From NCBI GenBank assembly GCA_963780185.1, contig CAWABA010000004.1, positions 79,944 through 143,943 on the forward strand: DNA of 64,000 bases. Direction: 5' to 3'. The notes under the pieces are model-generated. The model was not told the origin of the DNA. It made no database searches and saw nothing but the letters and a program-made list of their open reading frames with translations. The translations under genes were made by a program, and so were the position numbers. This document shows positions 49,901-61,724 of this stretch, in pieces (position 1 is the first letter of the stretch; every line of letters begins with the position of its first letter). Source of the stretch: Candidatus Bathyarchaeota archaeon. GTDB taxonomy: Archaea; Thermoproteota; Bathyarchaeia; Bathyarchaeales; Bathycorpusculaceae.

Positions 49901-52684
49901 TTAGCTTGTCAATGTTGGTTTGCTATGTGTTGACCCGCTTATCCATGTCCAGCCTGAGAAACTGTTAGTGTTTAGATTTATTGAACTCTGCCAAAGTGTT
50001 ACTCCGTCACTTCCGACAACTACTGTGTAGAGGTTGTTGCCGATCACAGTTGCAGCGGGACCTTGGCTTGTAGAGCCTTGCGGCAGCACACTCCAACCTT
50101 GCCAACCAGAGCCTATGTATTTGTTGAAGTAGAGACCGTTGTCCGTTCCCCTTACAACTAGAACATAGGCGTTGCCGCTTAACCAAGGAGTCAAAGTGGG
50201 CGAAGATGATGTCAACCCAGGCACCAAAGTCCAGCTAGAAACCACATTTGTATCAAGATTAGCGCTTGCCTGCCACATAGTGCTGGTGTCGCCGAGACCT
50301 CTAACAACTACGCTGAGCATGTTGCCTTGCATAACAGCTGCAACTTGGTCAGAGGTAGAGCCTCCCGAAAACATCTGCCAAGCGTCCCACGTTCGCGTTT
50401 GGGGAATGTAAACACGGTAGTATATGCCGTTGTCGGAACCTCTAACAACCAGAGTCTCGGCTGTCCCATTTGAAACCAAGGTAGGCGCAGAGGGGGTGGA
50501 ACCGCTTATCCATTCCCAACTCGAAAAGGTTCCGTCAGTTAGGTTTAGGTAGCAATGCCAAAGTGAAGTGCCATCTGAACCTCTAACCACAAAGTCCACC
50601 TCATTGCCGCAGACGGTTGACGCCGGGCTGTCCACTGTGGCTCCATTTGGCAAATTGCTCCAATCGCTCCACACGCCATTAGTGTTGAAAGAGCGGTAGT
50701 ATATTGCATTGTTCGATCCTTGCACTGCGAGGTAACCTGTAGGAATGGGTAACCCTGAAGTGCTGTATACTACAACGCGGTCGTTGTTTGTGTCTGCAAT
50801 GTAGACGTTCCCGCTGCCATCAACAGCGACGCCGTTTGGAAAAGTCAATTGGCTAGTTCCAGAGGGAATGCCCGAGGCGCCGAACTGCATTACATAATTG
50901 CCGTTGTTATCAAAAACGACTACACGGTCGTTGAATTGGTCCGCCACGTAGACGTTCCCGTTTCCGTCAACTGCAACGCCATAAGGTTCAACGAATTTAG
51001 TTCCTGAGCTAGTTCCGTCCCAACTTCGGATGAAAACGCCCGTGCTTGTGAATTCTTGAATGCGATTATTCCCTTCATCTGCTACGAAGACGTCTCCGCT
51101 GCCGTCGAAAGCAATGGCGTGAGGGGTAATGAATTGGCCGTTACCGCTGCCCAAACCGCCCCATTGAAATAGGAAGGTACCTGTGCTGGAAAAAACCTGA
51201 ATTAAGCTGTTGCTGCCTCCATCTGCCACGTAAACGTCACCATTTGCTGGGCTAACCGCAACGCCATTTGGACCTGTGAATTTCCCATTTCCAGAACCAG
51301 AGCCGCCGAATTGCAGGGTGAATGTGCCTGTGTTGGTGAATTCTTCAATAAGGCAGTTCGCGGTGTCTGCTACCCAAACGTTCCCGCTGCCATCAACCGC
51401 AATACCCTGAGGATTATAAAATAGGCCTTGACCTCCAGTGCCCGTGTAACCCCATTGTCTAATGTAGGTTCCTGCGGTTGAGAATTCTTGAATGCGACCG
51501 TTAAGTTCGTCGGCAACAAATACGTGGCCGTTTCCGTCTACCGCAACAGCCGTGTCTTGGTAGAATTGGCCATTACCAGTCGAAGTCGGGTACTGAGCAC
51601 TGTAGGTGCCGGAGGTACTGAAAGCCTGGACGCGGTTATTTCCAGTGTCTGCCACAAAAACCCAGTTTTGCGATCCGCCAATTAATCCTCCGTAAGATCC
51701 GATCCAAACTGCGGAGGGACTCGCGAGATAGCCGTTTCCTGAACCTGTGGGAGTTCCCCATTGCGTAACGTAGGTACCTGTTAGGCTGGTGACGATGATG
51801 CGGTTGTTACCTTGGTCAGCAATGTAGAGGTTAGTGTTTCCATATGCAAATGAGATGCTTGTTGGTGAGTGGAAGTTGCTGTTGCCTGTGCCTAAAGAGC
51901 CCCATTGTGCTTGGTACACGCCCGCACTATTGAATTTGACTATGCGATTGTTGCCGGTGTCTGCCACGTAGATCTGAGGGTTGCCTGATCCAGTAGTTAA
52001 ATCAACTGTTACGCCCATAGGATTATTTAGACCTGGGGTAGGCGTTATGTCTGAGCCAGTAAATGAAGTTACATAGGTGCCTGAGTGGTTGAGTTCAACG
52101 ATTCGATTGTTGCCTGAGTCGGCTATGTAAATGTTACCTGCGCCGCCTGTTGTAGTGACAACGATAGCGGTTGGGTGGTTGAGTGAAAGACCATTGTAAA
52201 TGCCGTTGAATTGGGAGCTGTAGAACCAGTGACCTGACCCTGCGTCATAATGGAACACTTGAATACGGTTGTTGCCGGTGTCCGCTATGTAGAGGTTCCC
52301 ACCCCAGTCGCATGCCAAGCCTGTAGGATTGTTAAATTGGCCATTGCCTGTGCCGACGCCGCCAAAATTGCTGTTAAAAGTTAAGGCGCTTCCTGAATAG
52401 AAAACTTGGTGGATGACATCGTGGCCTGAGTCTGCAACAAAAACCCATCCGGACGATGGATCCTGAGCAACACCCGAAGGATTGCTTAGTGGACCAGTTG
52501 CAATTCCATAGCTACCCCACTGCGTGGAATAAATGGCGGAGGGAGCTGCATGCACAAATGCCATGAAGCCAGATGAGACCAGAATGAACAAAAAAGCTAT
52601 GGCTAAAATTCCCTTCTTTCTCGAACGCCAAGAGCTACAAGCATTCGAATATTTAGACTTGAACATGTTTATGCGATTCTCCAA
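49901..52684 (-). CDS. Secreted NHL-repeat beta-propeller protein with C-terminal Trp-rich repeat (lectin-like) domain
   Basis: About 12 NHL repeats (G.G.F..P.GVAVD..GNVYVAD..N.RI), then VRGSDN.IY...W..W repeats. Confidence 0.88.
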   Translation of the reverse strand: MENRINMFKSKYSNACSSWRSRKKGILAIAFLFILVSSGFMAFVHAAPSAIYSTQWGSYGIATGPLSNPSGVAQDPSSGWVFVADSGHDVIHQVFYSGSALTFNSNFGGVGTGNGQFNNPTGLACDWGGNLYIADTGNNRIQVFHYDAGSGHWFYSSQFNGIYNGLSLNHPTAIVVTTTGGAGNIYIADSGNNRIVELNHSGTYVTSFTGSDITPTPGLNNPMGVTVDLTTGSGNPQIYVADTGNNRIVKFNSAGVYQAQWGSLGTGNSNFHSPTSISFAYGNTNLYIADQGNNRIIVTSLTGTYVTQWGTPTGSGNGYLASPSAVWIGSYGGLIGGSQNWVFVADTGNNRVQAFSTSGTYSAQYPTSTGNGQFYQDTAVAVDGNGHVFVADELNGRIQEFSTAGTYIRQWGYTGTGGQGLFYNPQGIAVDGSGNVWVADTANCLIEEFTNTGTFTLQFGGSGSGNGKFTGPNGVAVSPANGDVYVADGGSNSLIQVFSSTGTFLFQWGGLGSGNGQFITPHAIAFDGSGDVFVADEGNNRIQEFTSTGVFIRSWDGTSSGTKFVEPYGVAVDGNGNVYVADQFNDRVVVFDNNGNYVMQFGASGIPSGTSQLTFPNGVAVDGSGNVYIADTNNDRVVVYSTSGLPIPTGYLAVQGSNNAIYYRSFNTNGVWSDWSNLPNGATVDSPASTVCGNEVDFVVRGSDGTSLWHCYLNLTDGTFSSWEWISGSTPSAPTLVSNGTAETLVVRGSDNGIYYRVYIPQTRTWDAWQMFSGGSTSDQVAAVMQGNMLSVVVRGLGDTSTMWQASANLDTNVVSSWTLVPGLTSSSPTLTPWLSGNAYVLVVRGTDNGLYFNKYIGSGWQGWSVLPQGSTSQGPAATVIGNNLYTVVVGSDGVTLWQSSINLNTNSFSGWTWISGSTHSKPTLTS

Positions 52685-52984
52685 TTTTGTGCCTCTCCTT
52701 CAGGTTTTTTCCGTAAACTAAAAATTTATTGTACCTTACGTTGATTTCAAAAAATATAAGGCTGTGTGGTTGTCTGTGTACAGTCACAGCTCTCTCGGTT
52801 GGCTTGGTAGTACGATGAAAACAGAAAATGGTCAAAGAAAAAGAGAGAGAATTTTGTGCGAGAGACGTCGCCACAAGATTTCGTATAAAAGCTTATACTA
52901 ATCACACCTAGCTTATCCGTATGTTTTGAAGAATTGCTGAAGACACCGGTTGAAAACCTTGCCAATACAAAAAAAGAAAGGAAC

Positions 52985-54517
52985 TTATTTGTTTAGGTTC
53001 CATAGGTTCTGACAGCTAAAACTGGTTTGTGCATAGTTATTTTGGCAGTTTGAGCAGTCGATGCTGACTAGTTTCGGAATCAGGGTTGCTGCGTCGGGGC
53101 TGCCTAAGCCTGTGGGTGCGTCCCAGCCTTGAGTTGCTTTGTAGCCTTGGAGGCTGTTGCCAGTGGGGTAAGTGTTGTCGCCTACCGTGACGTCGTGGAA
53201 TGCTCCAGCATTGTACAGCGAGTTGCGGTATGCGTAGAGTTCGGAGTTTATGAATCCGAGGCTGTGATGTTCAAATTGACATGCAATAGCCGTTAGCGCC
53301 GACCAGAAAGGCGGACCAGCACTTGTTCCTCCAGCGACTGTTGCTTGAGGCGCTCTCGGAGACGCGGCGCTCAGGAATATGGCGCCTAAGCCGCCGTATG
53401 CTCCACTGTCGAATGAAACGTCAGCTATGCATCTTCCAGTAGGCGTGGTCGTTGTTCCGTCGGCGGATGTTAGGGTTATTCCTTTTTGCCAATTCGGCAG
53501 CGGAAACAGCATGCTTTGGGCTCCTCCCGCAGTCACCATGTCCATGGGCGCTGGAAATCCATCCGCAACCATGGCTTGGTAGTCGTTGCCTGCAATTTCA
53601 TAATTGTATTGGATTCCAACGTGGTTCTGTCCGTCCCATGAGTTTGTTCCCTCTCGGTAGCCGTCGCTGCATGTCATGAACAGGTTTGTTCCTCCCACCG
53701 CCGTGACGTATGGGTTGGATGCAGGGAAAAACGCGTTGTTGATTGGACCGCCGTTTGATGCGCCCCAGTCGCCGGTTCCAGCGAACACTGTTATGCCTGC
53801 GTTGGAAGCTGATTGAAACATCTGGTTGCAGAATGACACTTCGTAGCGTGCTGCTTGAGTGGTCAACAGGAATTCTGGAACTCCCCAGCTAAGCGACAAG
53901 GTTGAGCCCAGATGGTGGTTGATGGCGTAGCTTACTGCGTAGTCAACGGGTCTGTCATTGTCGTTGGGGGCAATCACAAGGGCGATGTCTGCTTTCGGAG
54001 CTATGGCATGAACCATGTCTACGTCTAAGGTTACTTCGTCGCTCCAGCCAATCTGGTTAGGGTCGCTGGCGTCGAAGGCGGGTTTGCCCAGGGGATAGTA
54101 GATGTGCAGATGCTGTTTTATTTCGCCAAGGCTTGTCCAAGGCAAGTTTGCGCCATAGTTGTTCTGCCACTGCGTAAACAGCAACAGGTCCTGGTATATT
54201 GTTGGACTACCGTAAGCGTCAACTATGACGACTGTTTGCCCTCTTCCATCATAGCCAGCTGCGTAAAGCGGGTTCAAATCGTAGGCGTTTCGTAGCTCAA
54301 AAACTGTGTTTGCCAAGAAGCCTCCGCCGTAGGCTTGGGTGCTGACCTGCGGGTTTACTTGATACTGGAATGTGGATCCGGTGTCTAATGTGGAGACGTT
54401 GGCGTCGGAACTTGTGTTTGAGTTGTCAAGTGTTGTGCAGAATGCTTGTGGAACTGCGTAGACGCATGATAGTATGAGAGTTAGAAGCGTTATTGTGGCT
54501 AAAGATTTTGGTTCCAT
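52985..54517 (-). CDS. Secreted S53 (sedolisin) family peptidase
   Basis: EVTLDV (E-x3-D), SLSWG, GDWGA, GGTSAG catalytic Ser, and the Ca-site [11 protein letters not shown]. Confidence 0.92.
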   Translation of the reverse strand: MEPKSLATITLLTLILSCVYAVPQAFCTTLDNSNTSSDANVSTLDTGSTFQYQVNPQVSTQAYGGGFLANTVFELRNAYDLNPLYAAGYDGRGQTVVIVDAYGSPTIYQDLLLFTQWQNNYGANLPWTSLGEIKQHLHIYYPLGKPAFDASDPNQIGWSDEVTLDVDMVHAIAPKADIALVIAPNDNDRPVDYAVSYAINHHLGSTLSLSWGVPEFLLTTQAARYEVSFCNQMFQSASNAGITVFAGTGDWGASNGGPINNAFFPASNPYVTAVGGTNLFMTCSDGYREGTNSWDGQNHVGIQYNYEIAGNDYQAMVADGFPAPMDMVTAGGAQSMLFPLPNWQKGITLTSADGTTTTPTGRCIADVSFDSGAYGGLGAIFLSAASPRAPQATVAGGTSAGPPFWSALTAIACQFEHHSLGFINSELYAYRNSLYNAGAFHDVTVGDNTYPTGNSLQGYKATQGWDAPTGLGSPDAATLIPKLVSIDCSNCQNNYAQTSFSCQNLWNLNK

Positions 54518-54760
54518 AATTTTGTCCTTATTTCTTTCTTGTCGGGCGGGGTCGCTTATACACTTTATGGTTTCTCACGATACTTGACAACCTGTAGAAC
54601 AATTCTAAAGTACAACAAACAGACAACAACACCCCAAAAAGAAAAAGAAGCCAAAACAGAAGAAGCAGCAAAAATCAATCAAGCCCCGAGGCGCCCCAGA
54701 AAAAGCTGGTTCTCCGAAACTCATAAAACTGAAAGCCACGTAAAAGCAACGGTTGATAAA

Positions 54761-57646
54761 ATGAAATCTAACCGTTTACTCGCTGCAGCCTTAGTTTTCG
54801 TATTTCTTTCGCCGCTACTATTTGCCGGGGCTACCGGAAGTAAGACATCAAACCAAGCCCTACCGAACACGTCTCAAACAGGTAACCTGACACCTCAATG
54901 GGGCACCCCGATAGCAATAGCAATTACTCATGATGGAAAATACGCCTATCTCAGTTTTGACACCACAGACATTATTGCAAAAGTGGATTTGGAAGATCTA
55001 TCAATTAAGGGGGCGGCTGATTTATCCGATTATTTCCCCTCAGATTGCATGGTCATGACCTTAGATGCCACCGAAACGAAGCTTTTTGCCTACAACCCTA
55101 CATGGCAGAAACTGCTTGTTGTAGATACCCAAACGATGAGCGTTATCCACACGATTGATGATATTAATGTTATCAGCCTCACTCAATCACAGTACGGGCA
55201 CGTCCTTATCGCTATGGATGGCGGGGCAGTGGTCAACCTAATTAACACTGACACTTACGTAGTGACACCCCTAACCGACATCTATATGCGTTTTCACAGA
55301 ATCAAGGAAAGCAGCATCGATTCCACCAAATGGTTTGTTGCAAGCAGACCAACCGTGGATACGGCTGTTGTGGGCATTTATGATTATGGAAATACGAGCT
55401 GGAGTTTTTCGGTTTCCATTCCCATGCATAGTTCAGGGGAAGCCATAACCGATTTGGAAGTTTTGCCGAACGAGCAGAAGCTTTACGTATCCACCTTCGG
55501 AGGCTGGTACCCAGATTTTCATGCCTACGGCTGGCTGTACTCCATTGACTTAACTGGAGCTGAACCCCTAAAAACTATCCTTATAGACGGCGGGGCAGGG
55601 AGCTTGGAACCAAGTTCCGACGGCAAGTTGCTGTACATAGGCACTGGCTGGCCAATACCGAACGACGCAAACATCCTTGCGCTTGATACTGAGTCTGATA
55701 CAATAGTTAATCAAACTCATTTAGGCAAAAGCATCTACAACTCACCCTACACACAGATGAATGATCTAAAGATTGACCCCACGAACCCAAAAGTCCTCTA
55801 CGCCACCTGCACCGACGCCAACTCCTTCCTCAAAATAAACCTTGACGACCTCACCGTTACAGGCTCAATAATCTTCAATTCTCAAGGCTTCTCTCCACGT
55901 TCCTTCATTGAGGAACCAATGCAAGATACCGGCTATGTTCTTCTGCGAAACAGTGCGTGCGCGTTTAAGCTTGATCTCCAGAACGCAACCCTTGAAAAAA
56001 TGGTTGAGTTTCCCATGATCCAAAACAACTCATATTCGTATGACGTGGGAATAGATGGCGACGGAAAACTGGTGATTGTTCAAGGCGAAGAAATGCTAAA
56101 GATTGATCCGGACAATTTTACTTTGCTCGGAACCTACGCGTTTCCACCAGACCTTTATGGCGTGTGGAGCTTTATTCTCTCCCATAATCATAACGAGCTC
56201 TACTCGATATGGACGGACCAGGATCAAGGAAATGTGGACCCTAACACTTTCTTGGCAATTAATGCTGCAAACTTTCATGTGGATGCAAGCATCAAGCTTG
56301 AGGGAGCCCCCTTTAACGATAGACCTTTTGAGTTGCCGGACGGCTCAAAGGTGTACGCTCTTGGCGGATTAGCCAACGGCGCCGTAGTTATCCAGGTAAT
56401 CAACACAACAAACTACACTATTGAAAAAACCATAACTTTCAACGAGACAGGTATGCAGGGCATATCCGCTGGGCCCTATTACCCATTTGCTTATGATTCT
56501 AATTCACATACGCTTTTCGTTGGAGCTACGCAGGTGGTGTTGGCTATAGACACGGATACTGATACGATAAAGAACGTTATTTATCTGGGGGATGCTGCAA
56601 GGGCCATTGGTCTTGACCCAAATCAACTGATCTACATTAACGCGATGAGCATGGTATTTAACCCGCAAGAAAACTGTCTCTATATCGCCCATTTCGACCG
56701 AAGTTTCATGAGCATTTACAATTTGACCAGCAGCAAGTTCTTGCCCCAAGTCATTCCGTTGCAGGGACTTACCCCGGATTTCATATTTGCCAACGATGAC
56801 TTCAGCAAAATCTACTGCGTAATGGGACGTTCAGACAGCATCACTGTGATTGACGTAAAGTCGAAAACTGTGGAAAAAGTCATCGACCTGCACAGCGCCT
56901 TGGCAGCGTCAACAACAAAGTTTGTTTTTAGTCATGACGCCAAATCCTACGATGTCTTGGTTTCCAGCAACTCTTCGGTTTCATCAGTCAATTTCGATCT
57001 TGACTCAAAACAAATCAGCTTCAAAGCCATGGGGTCATCGTTCGCCTATTCATTCCCTTTCTTTTTCAACATTACATTTCCAAACGAAATGCTTAGGGGA
57101 AACTTTGCTGTCCAAGTAGACGGCAACACAATTAACGGGTTTACGCAATCAGACAACGGCACATACACATCAATTTGCTTCAGCTATGAGTTACAAGGAT
57201 CCAAAGATGTGCAAGTCACCGGCACGGAAGCTGGAACTCCTTCGCCTGCCCCAACCGCAACTCCAACCCCCACTCCAACACCTACCGCGACACCAACGCC
57301 CACGCCTTCCCCAAGTCCTCTCCAACGCCAACTGCCTAGCCCAACACCGAGCCCAACGCCTTCTCCCACACCTTCTCCCTCTCCAACACCCACCACGGCA
57401 CCAACACAAGACGCCACAACCCAACCCACCCAACCAGCGACCTCCGCTCCAACTCCAAAAGTCACCACCACACCCACCCCAGCCGCAACACCAACAACTT
57501 CACCAACAAACAGCCCAAGCCCAACGCCCAAGATTCCAGAGTTTTCTACCCTCGCGATTTTAATTATATTTGCTTTGGCTGGCTTGGCATTGATTTCAGT
57601 TTACAAAAAGAAGCATGGGCGCCTCTCACGTTTTTTTCTGGGCTGA
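54761..57646 (+). CDS. Secreted YncE/YVTN-like beta-propeller protein with PT linker and PEF-type C-terminal sorting signal
   Basis: Signal peptide, propeller blades ([21 protein letters not shown]), PT repeats, KIPEF-TM-KKK. Confidence 0.85.
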   Translation: MKSNRLLAAALVFVFLSPLLFAGATGSKTSNQALPNTSQTGNLTPQWGTPIAIAITHDGKYAYLSFDTTDIIAKVDLEDLSIKGAADLSDYFPSDCMVMTLDATETKLFAYNPTWQKLLVVDTQTMSVIHTIDDINVISLTQSQYGHVLIAMDGGAVVNLINTDTYVVTPLTDIYMRFHRIKESSIDSTKWFVASRPTVDTAVVGIYDYGNTSWSFSVSIPMHSSGEAITDLEVLPNEQKLYVSTFGGWYPDFHAYGWLYSIDLTGAEPLKTILIDGGAGSLEPSSDGKLLYIGTGWPIPNDANILALDTESDTIVNQTHLGKSIYNSPYTQMNDLKIDPTNPKVLYATCTDANSFLKINLDDLTVTGSIIFNSQGFSPRSFIEEPMQDTGYVLLRNSACAFKLDLQNATLEKMVEFPMIQNNSYSYDVGIDGDGKLVIVQGEEMLKIDPDNFTLLGTYAFPPDLYGVWSFILSHNHNELYSIWTDQDQGNVDPNTFLAINAANFHVDASIKLEGAPFNDRPFELPDGSKVYALGGLANGAVVIQVINTTNYTIEKTITFNETGMQGISAGPYYPFAYDSNSHTLFVGATQVVLAIDTDTDTIKNVIYLGDAARAIGLDPNQLIYINAMSMVFNPQENCLYIAHFDRSFMSIYNLTSSKFLPQVIPLQGLTPDFIFANDDFSKIYCVMGRSDSITVIDVKSKTVEKVIDLHSALAASTTKFVFSHDAKSYDVLVSSNSSVSSVNFDLDSKQISFKAMGSSFAYSFPFFFNITFPNEMLRGNFAVQVDGNTINGFTQSDNGTYTSICFSYELQGSKDVQVTGTEAGTPSPAPTATPTPTPTPTATPTPTPSPSPLQRQLPSPTPSPTPSPTPSPSPTPTTAPTQDATTQPTQPATSAPTPKVTTTPTPAATPTTSPTNSPSPTPKIPEFSTLAILIIFALAGLALISVYKKKHGRLSRFFLG
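57237..57528 (+). repeat. Low-complexity Pro/Thr/Ser linker repeats
   Basis: Degenerate CCAAC/CCCAC hexamer runs encoding PTPTPSPT. Confidence 0.85.
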
Positions 57647-57701
57647 CTTTTTTCCCTGCAGATTTTCGCAAATTATAAAAGTACACCATATCAACTCTAA
57701 C

Positions 57702-60086
57702 ATGACTGCTATGAAAAAAGCTGTTGCCGCAACAATTCTTGTATTGGCTATGCTTCTTTCTTCCGTGGTCTTTGTGCAGTCCGTTCATTCTAAGACTGTA
57801 ACAAAAATTGTTATCAGACAAAGCGGAAGCATCGACCCTTCAACAGCGCCTATCGTTCGCCACGGGGAAACCTACGTTTTAACAGGAGACATAAGAACTC
57901 AAATCGTTTTGGAAAGGGGAGGCACAGTTCTTGACGGCGGCGGCTTCTCGCTTGTAGGCGGCGGAGGCGGGGTTGGATTAAACATGACCTGCAGCAACGC
58001 CACGCTTCAAAACCTAAACATAATCGATTGGCGAAGACGGCATACTGGGCATTTTCAACAACAACACCATTCAGGACTGTTCGGTAACCCAGTGTTTTGA
58101 CAGCGCCATCGGCATATACGCTCAAGACTATGCGGTGATAAGGAACAGTATTGAATGGAACGATGTAATGGCATCACAATCGGGCATGGCGGTCACAACT
58201 TCATTGCAGGCAACAACATAATCAATAATTACGTCGGCATTTCTCTTTGAGGATTCCAATAATGAAATAGTTCAGAACAATATTGAGAACTGCAGCCAAC
58301 GCGCAATAATTCTTGATGTTTCTGGATGGAGCCAAATCTGTTTTTCATAACAACTTTGTCAATAACCTGAAAGAATTGAGTGACGACACCTACGGCAACA
58401 GTGGAAGACCCGCTGCAGGCGTCTCTTCCTTTTTGGGATAACGGTTCAAGCGGTAACTATTGGAGTGACTACATAGGCATCGACGTAAACGGCGACGGCA
58501 TAGGCGACTCACCCAACATGATAACTACATACATCGGAAACAATGAGACTTGCTCCTTACAGTTTCGTAGACCGCTATCCCCTCGCAACACCATTCAACA
58601 TCAACCGACCACATTCCCCCAATTCCCAACAATCTAACGTCAACGATCGATTCCACCCGGAAGCCCCAGTCGCAAATGACCAAGCAATAGCATTGTCCTT
58701 TTTGAAAAACATAATCCAACTTGACACAAGCAAATACGCAATAACATTAACCTACGATACTGAGGCCACAAATAACGGGTTTTCCGACAGATTACCTCGG
58801 CTACGGACTTGTCCAGAAGAGCCAACCCTTTGACAGAACCGCAACGCAATTTTCGCAATCAGCCAATAACTCGGTAACCTCTTTCTCCATTCAGCCCACA
58901 GGCGGTCAACTGTTTTTCACGTACTTCGACCTCAAACAATTTTGATTCAGCCAACCAGGATTATGCAAAGCTATCAAACTTGGACAAAAGACTCAGACGT
59001 AAACAAAATGGTAAACCTGCTCAACACGGTTGGCTCCACAAGAAACTTTACCGACTATATCAGATAACATAGAATTTAAAATGTCAACAACATCCTGAAC
59101 AAACCTCGTTCAGTTGGAGCTACACCTACAATGGAGCCGATTATTCCAGCGTAAACTTGGAGTTCCAAAATCTTTTCGGATTCATTCTCATCAACTTTCT
59201 CTGATAATCGAGGCATCTACACCATAGGCAACACCAACGTAAACATCTCAACGCAACAAGCCATCCAGACTGCCGACAACTACGTCAGAAGCCTCTCGTA
59301 TCCGATGAATTACGGCAACGGAAGCATCATAACAGTTAAAGGCTTAACCATAAACGAAACCAACACCACAGCCAGCTTATCCACGACAAGCCAAGACTCA
59401 GTGACTCTGTACCCGTACTGGAGCGTCCAAGTCCCGCTTGCCCACAGCTACCCAGAAGAAACATACGCCGTTACGGTAGGTGTGTGGGCTGGCAACGGAA
59501 CAGTCTTCAGCTGCTCAACGTGATGTTGTTCCAAGAACCTTTCCTGTCCCGTCTTACGCTCCGCCTTCACTGTTTGGCATCTATTTTTCCGTTTTTGGGT
59601 TATCATACCATTCTTTCATTATTGCTTGGCTCATTTACTTCCTTTTAATGACAACTCGGACGGAGCAGAACTCAAAGAGAAATGTTTGTTTCAGGCAGAA
59701 CTCCTCGGGAAATAAAAGATGAAGCGTTGAGATGGTTCAGCCAAAACAGAGTTGACATTATGGAGAACCGCGTAGGTTTCGTGAAAGGCAGATGGGGAGC
59801 CGGATTGCTGACTGCCCAAAGCATTTTCAGGTCTATTTTACGACTGCAGAAGGCGGAGTTAAAGTCTACGTGGAAGGCTGGATAAGCTTCTTAGGAGCTG
59901 GCGAACAGAATTTTTCACGCTCAGCCGTAATGGGATGCGATTCCTCGAAGAGAAGGCTGGAGGGCCATGGAAAGACTTTGTTCCGCACTCGAAGGGATGT
60001 CGAGACCGACTAAAGTCTGTCCCCAATGCGGCAGAACCCTGTTTGTGGATGCAAAGTTTTGTAACTATTGCGGCAAAAAACAATGA
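57702..60086 (+). CDS. Heavily frameshifted NosD-type beta-helix surface protein, followed by (or fused to) a TM segment and a double zinc-ribbon domain
   Basis: Fragments: signal peptide, IVIRQSGSIDPSTAPI, WDNGSSGNYWSDY...DGIGD, TM, and CPQCG...FCNYCG ending at TGA 60084-86. One gene or two cannot be resolved. Confidence 0.55.
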
Positions 60087-60243
60087 CGAAGCTTTAGGTA
60101 ATTTTCTTTAGGCATTTTCCGTTTTGCTTTGTTTTCTAAAGCTTTTATTTTTCAAAAAGGCGAATACAAAAAAATGGGAAAAGCATAAGCAATTAAGGCT
60201 CAGCGACGCAATTTAGAATGTAGTTGGAACGTGGGGTTTGAGT

Positions 60244-61689
60244 ATGAAAGTTACCGTTGCAGTTTTAGATAAGCGGGGCAACCAACGCAGTGGGAAAGGT
60301 TCTGGACGTGCTCAAAGAGTTTGAGCGTTGAACAGCCTTTGCACTTCGGGGTAGTTTCTCCTCGGAAAAGCGTTCTTGACAAGAACCTTGAGCTTGCTAA
60401 GCAGGCAAAGCCCTGAATCCTCGACCGCCGTCGGCTGTATTTCCTCAAAACCAGCATCAAGAAGCTACGAATTCTTGCAGCTGGATGATGCAGCGCTTGT
60501 TTTGCAGGGAAAAGTGTACTCGGCAACCCCGAAAACAGCCGTTTATCAGCAGCTCGCCAAAGAGCCTCAGCACTGCGAAGCCATCCTGCAAACGCTCCTC
60601 GAGAAAGCCGACGGGGACTACGCGTTTCTTATGCTCAAGGAAGGCTGGATTGCGGCGGGAAGAGACCCCGTTGGAGTTCAACCGCTGTATTAGGGCGAAA
60701 ACCAAGACGTCGCCGCGGTTGCCACAAACCGAAAAGCACTCTGGAAACTGGGCATAGAAAACCCGTCTTCTTTTCCGCCGGGAAACTTTGCATTCATAAA
60801 CCGCGAAGGCGTCCAGTTCAAACCAGTAAAGACCCTGAGTTTCTCGTTGCCCAAGCCGATTACGCTGGACGAAGCAGCCCAAAAGCTTCAGGCGCTCGTT
60901 GAAGAATCACTCAAACGCCGCACAAACGACATCAAGGATGTTGCGGTGGCGTTTTCAGGAGGCTTAGACAGCAGCCTCGTCGCTTATTTGGCAAGCAAAC
61001 TCGGGTTAAAAGTCAACCTTCTACATGTAAGCATGGAAAATCAGGCGGAAACGGAGGAAGCCATCGTGGCGTCGGAACAGCTGAATCTGCCTCTTCAGGT
61101 GGATTTGTACAAGGATTCTGACGTGGAAAAAACCTTGCCCAAAGTCGTGGAGTTGATTGAGGAGGCTGACCCGATTAAAGCCAGCATCGGCTTGCCGTTT
61201 TATTGGATGGCGGAGCAGGCGGCTGAAGCGGGTTTGCATGTGGTTGTTGGCTGGGCAGGGTGCGGATGAACTGTTCGGCGGCTACCAACGCTACGTCAGC
61301 GAGTACTGCAGGGAAGGCAGCGAAAAAGTCCTCAAAACGATGTTCCACGACGTCATTAACATCCATGCGAGCAACCTTGAACGCGACCTGAAAGTCACGG
61401 GTTACCACGACGTTGAGTTGCGGATGCCGTTTCGCTTCGTTTGACGTCGCCGAGTTCGCGGTTGGCTTGCCGATTGAATGCAAAATCGAACCCAAACCGG
61501 ACACTCTGCGGAAGCTCGTCCTCCGCAAGGTTGCGCTTGAACGTCGGTATGCCGCGTCGCGTGGTGGATAAGCCTAAGAAGGCGGTGCAGTACTCGACGG
61601 GCATCAATGATGCGGTGAAGAGGGTTGCCAAGAAACATGGGAGAACGGTTAAAGAATACGTTGAGGAGCTTTTCCAGCAAACGAGATGA
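60244..61689 (+). CDS. Asparagine synthetase B-like ATP pyrophosphatase (several indels, one in-frame TAG)
   Basis: GDYAF, RDPVGVQPLY, AFSGGLDSS, GQGADELFGGY, RMPF, KKAVQYSTG. Confidence 0.85.
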
Positions 61690-61724
61690 CGGCAACCTAC
61701 TTTGGAGAAGAAAAAGCGTACAAG

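Noticed and set aside
54539-54760. 74-codon N-terminal extension of the 1035-aa ORF
   Set aside because: The signal peptide starts at ATG 54761. The upstream part is the divergent promoter region.
57316-57336. LQRQL interruption in the PT linker as a functional motif
   Set aside because: It reads as PTPT in a neighbouring frame, so it is most likely a pair of compensating indels.
60691-60693. In-frame TAG in the asnB-like gene as pyrrolysine
   Set aside because: It falls at an expected Tyr (PLYYG), one base from TAT/TAC, in an error-dense zone. TAG ends several genes here and no pyl genes are in the window.
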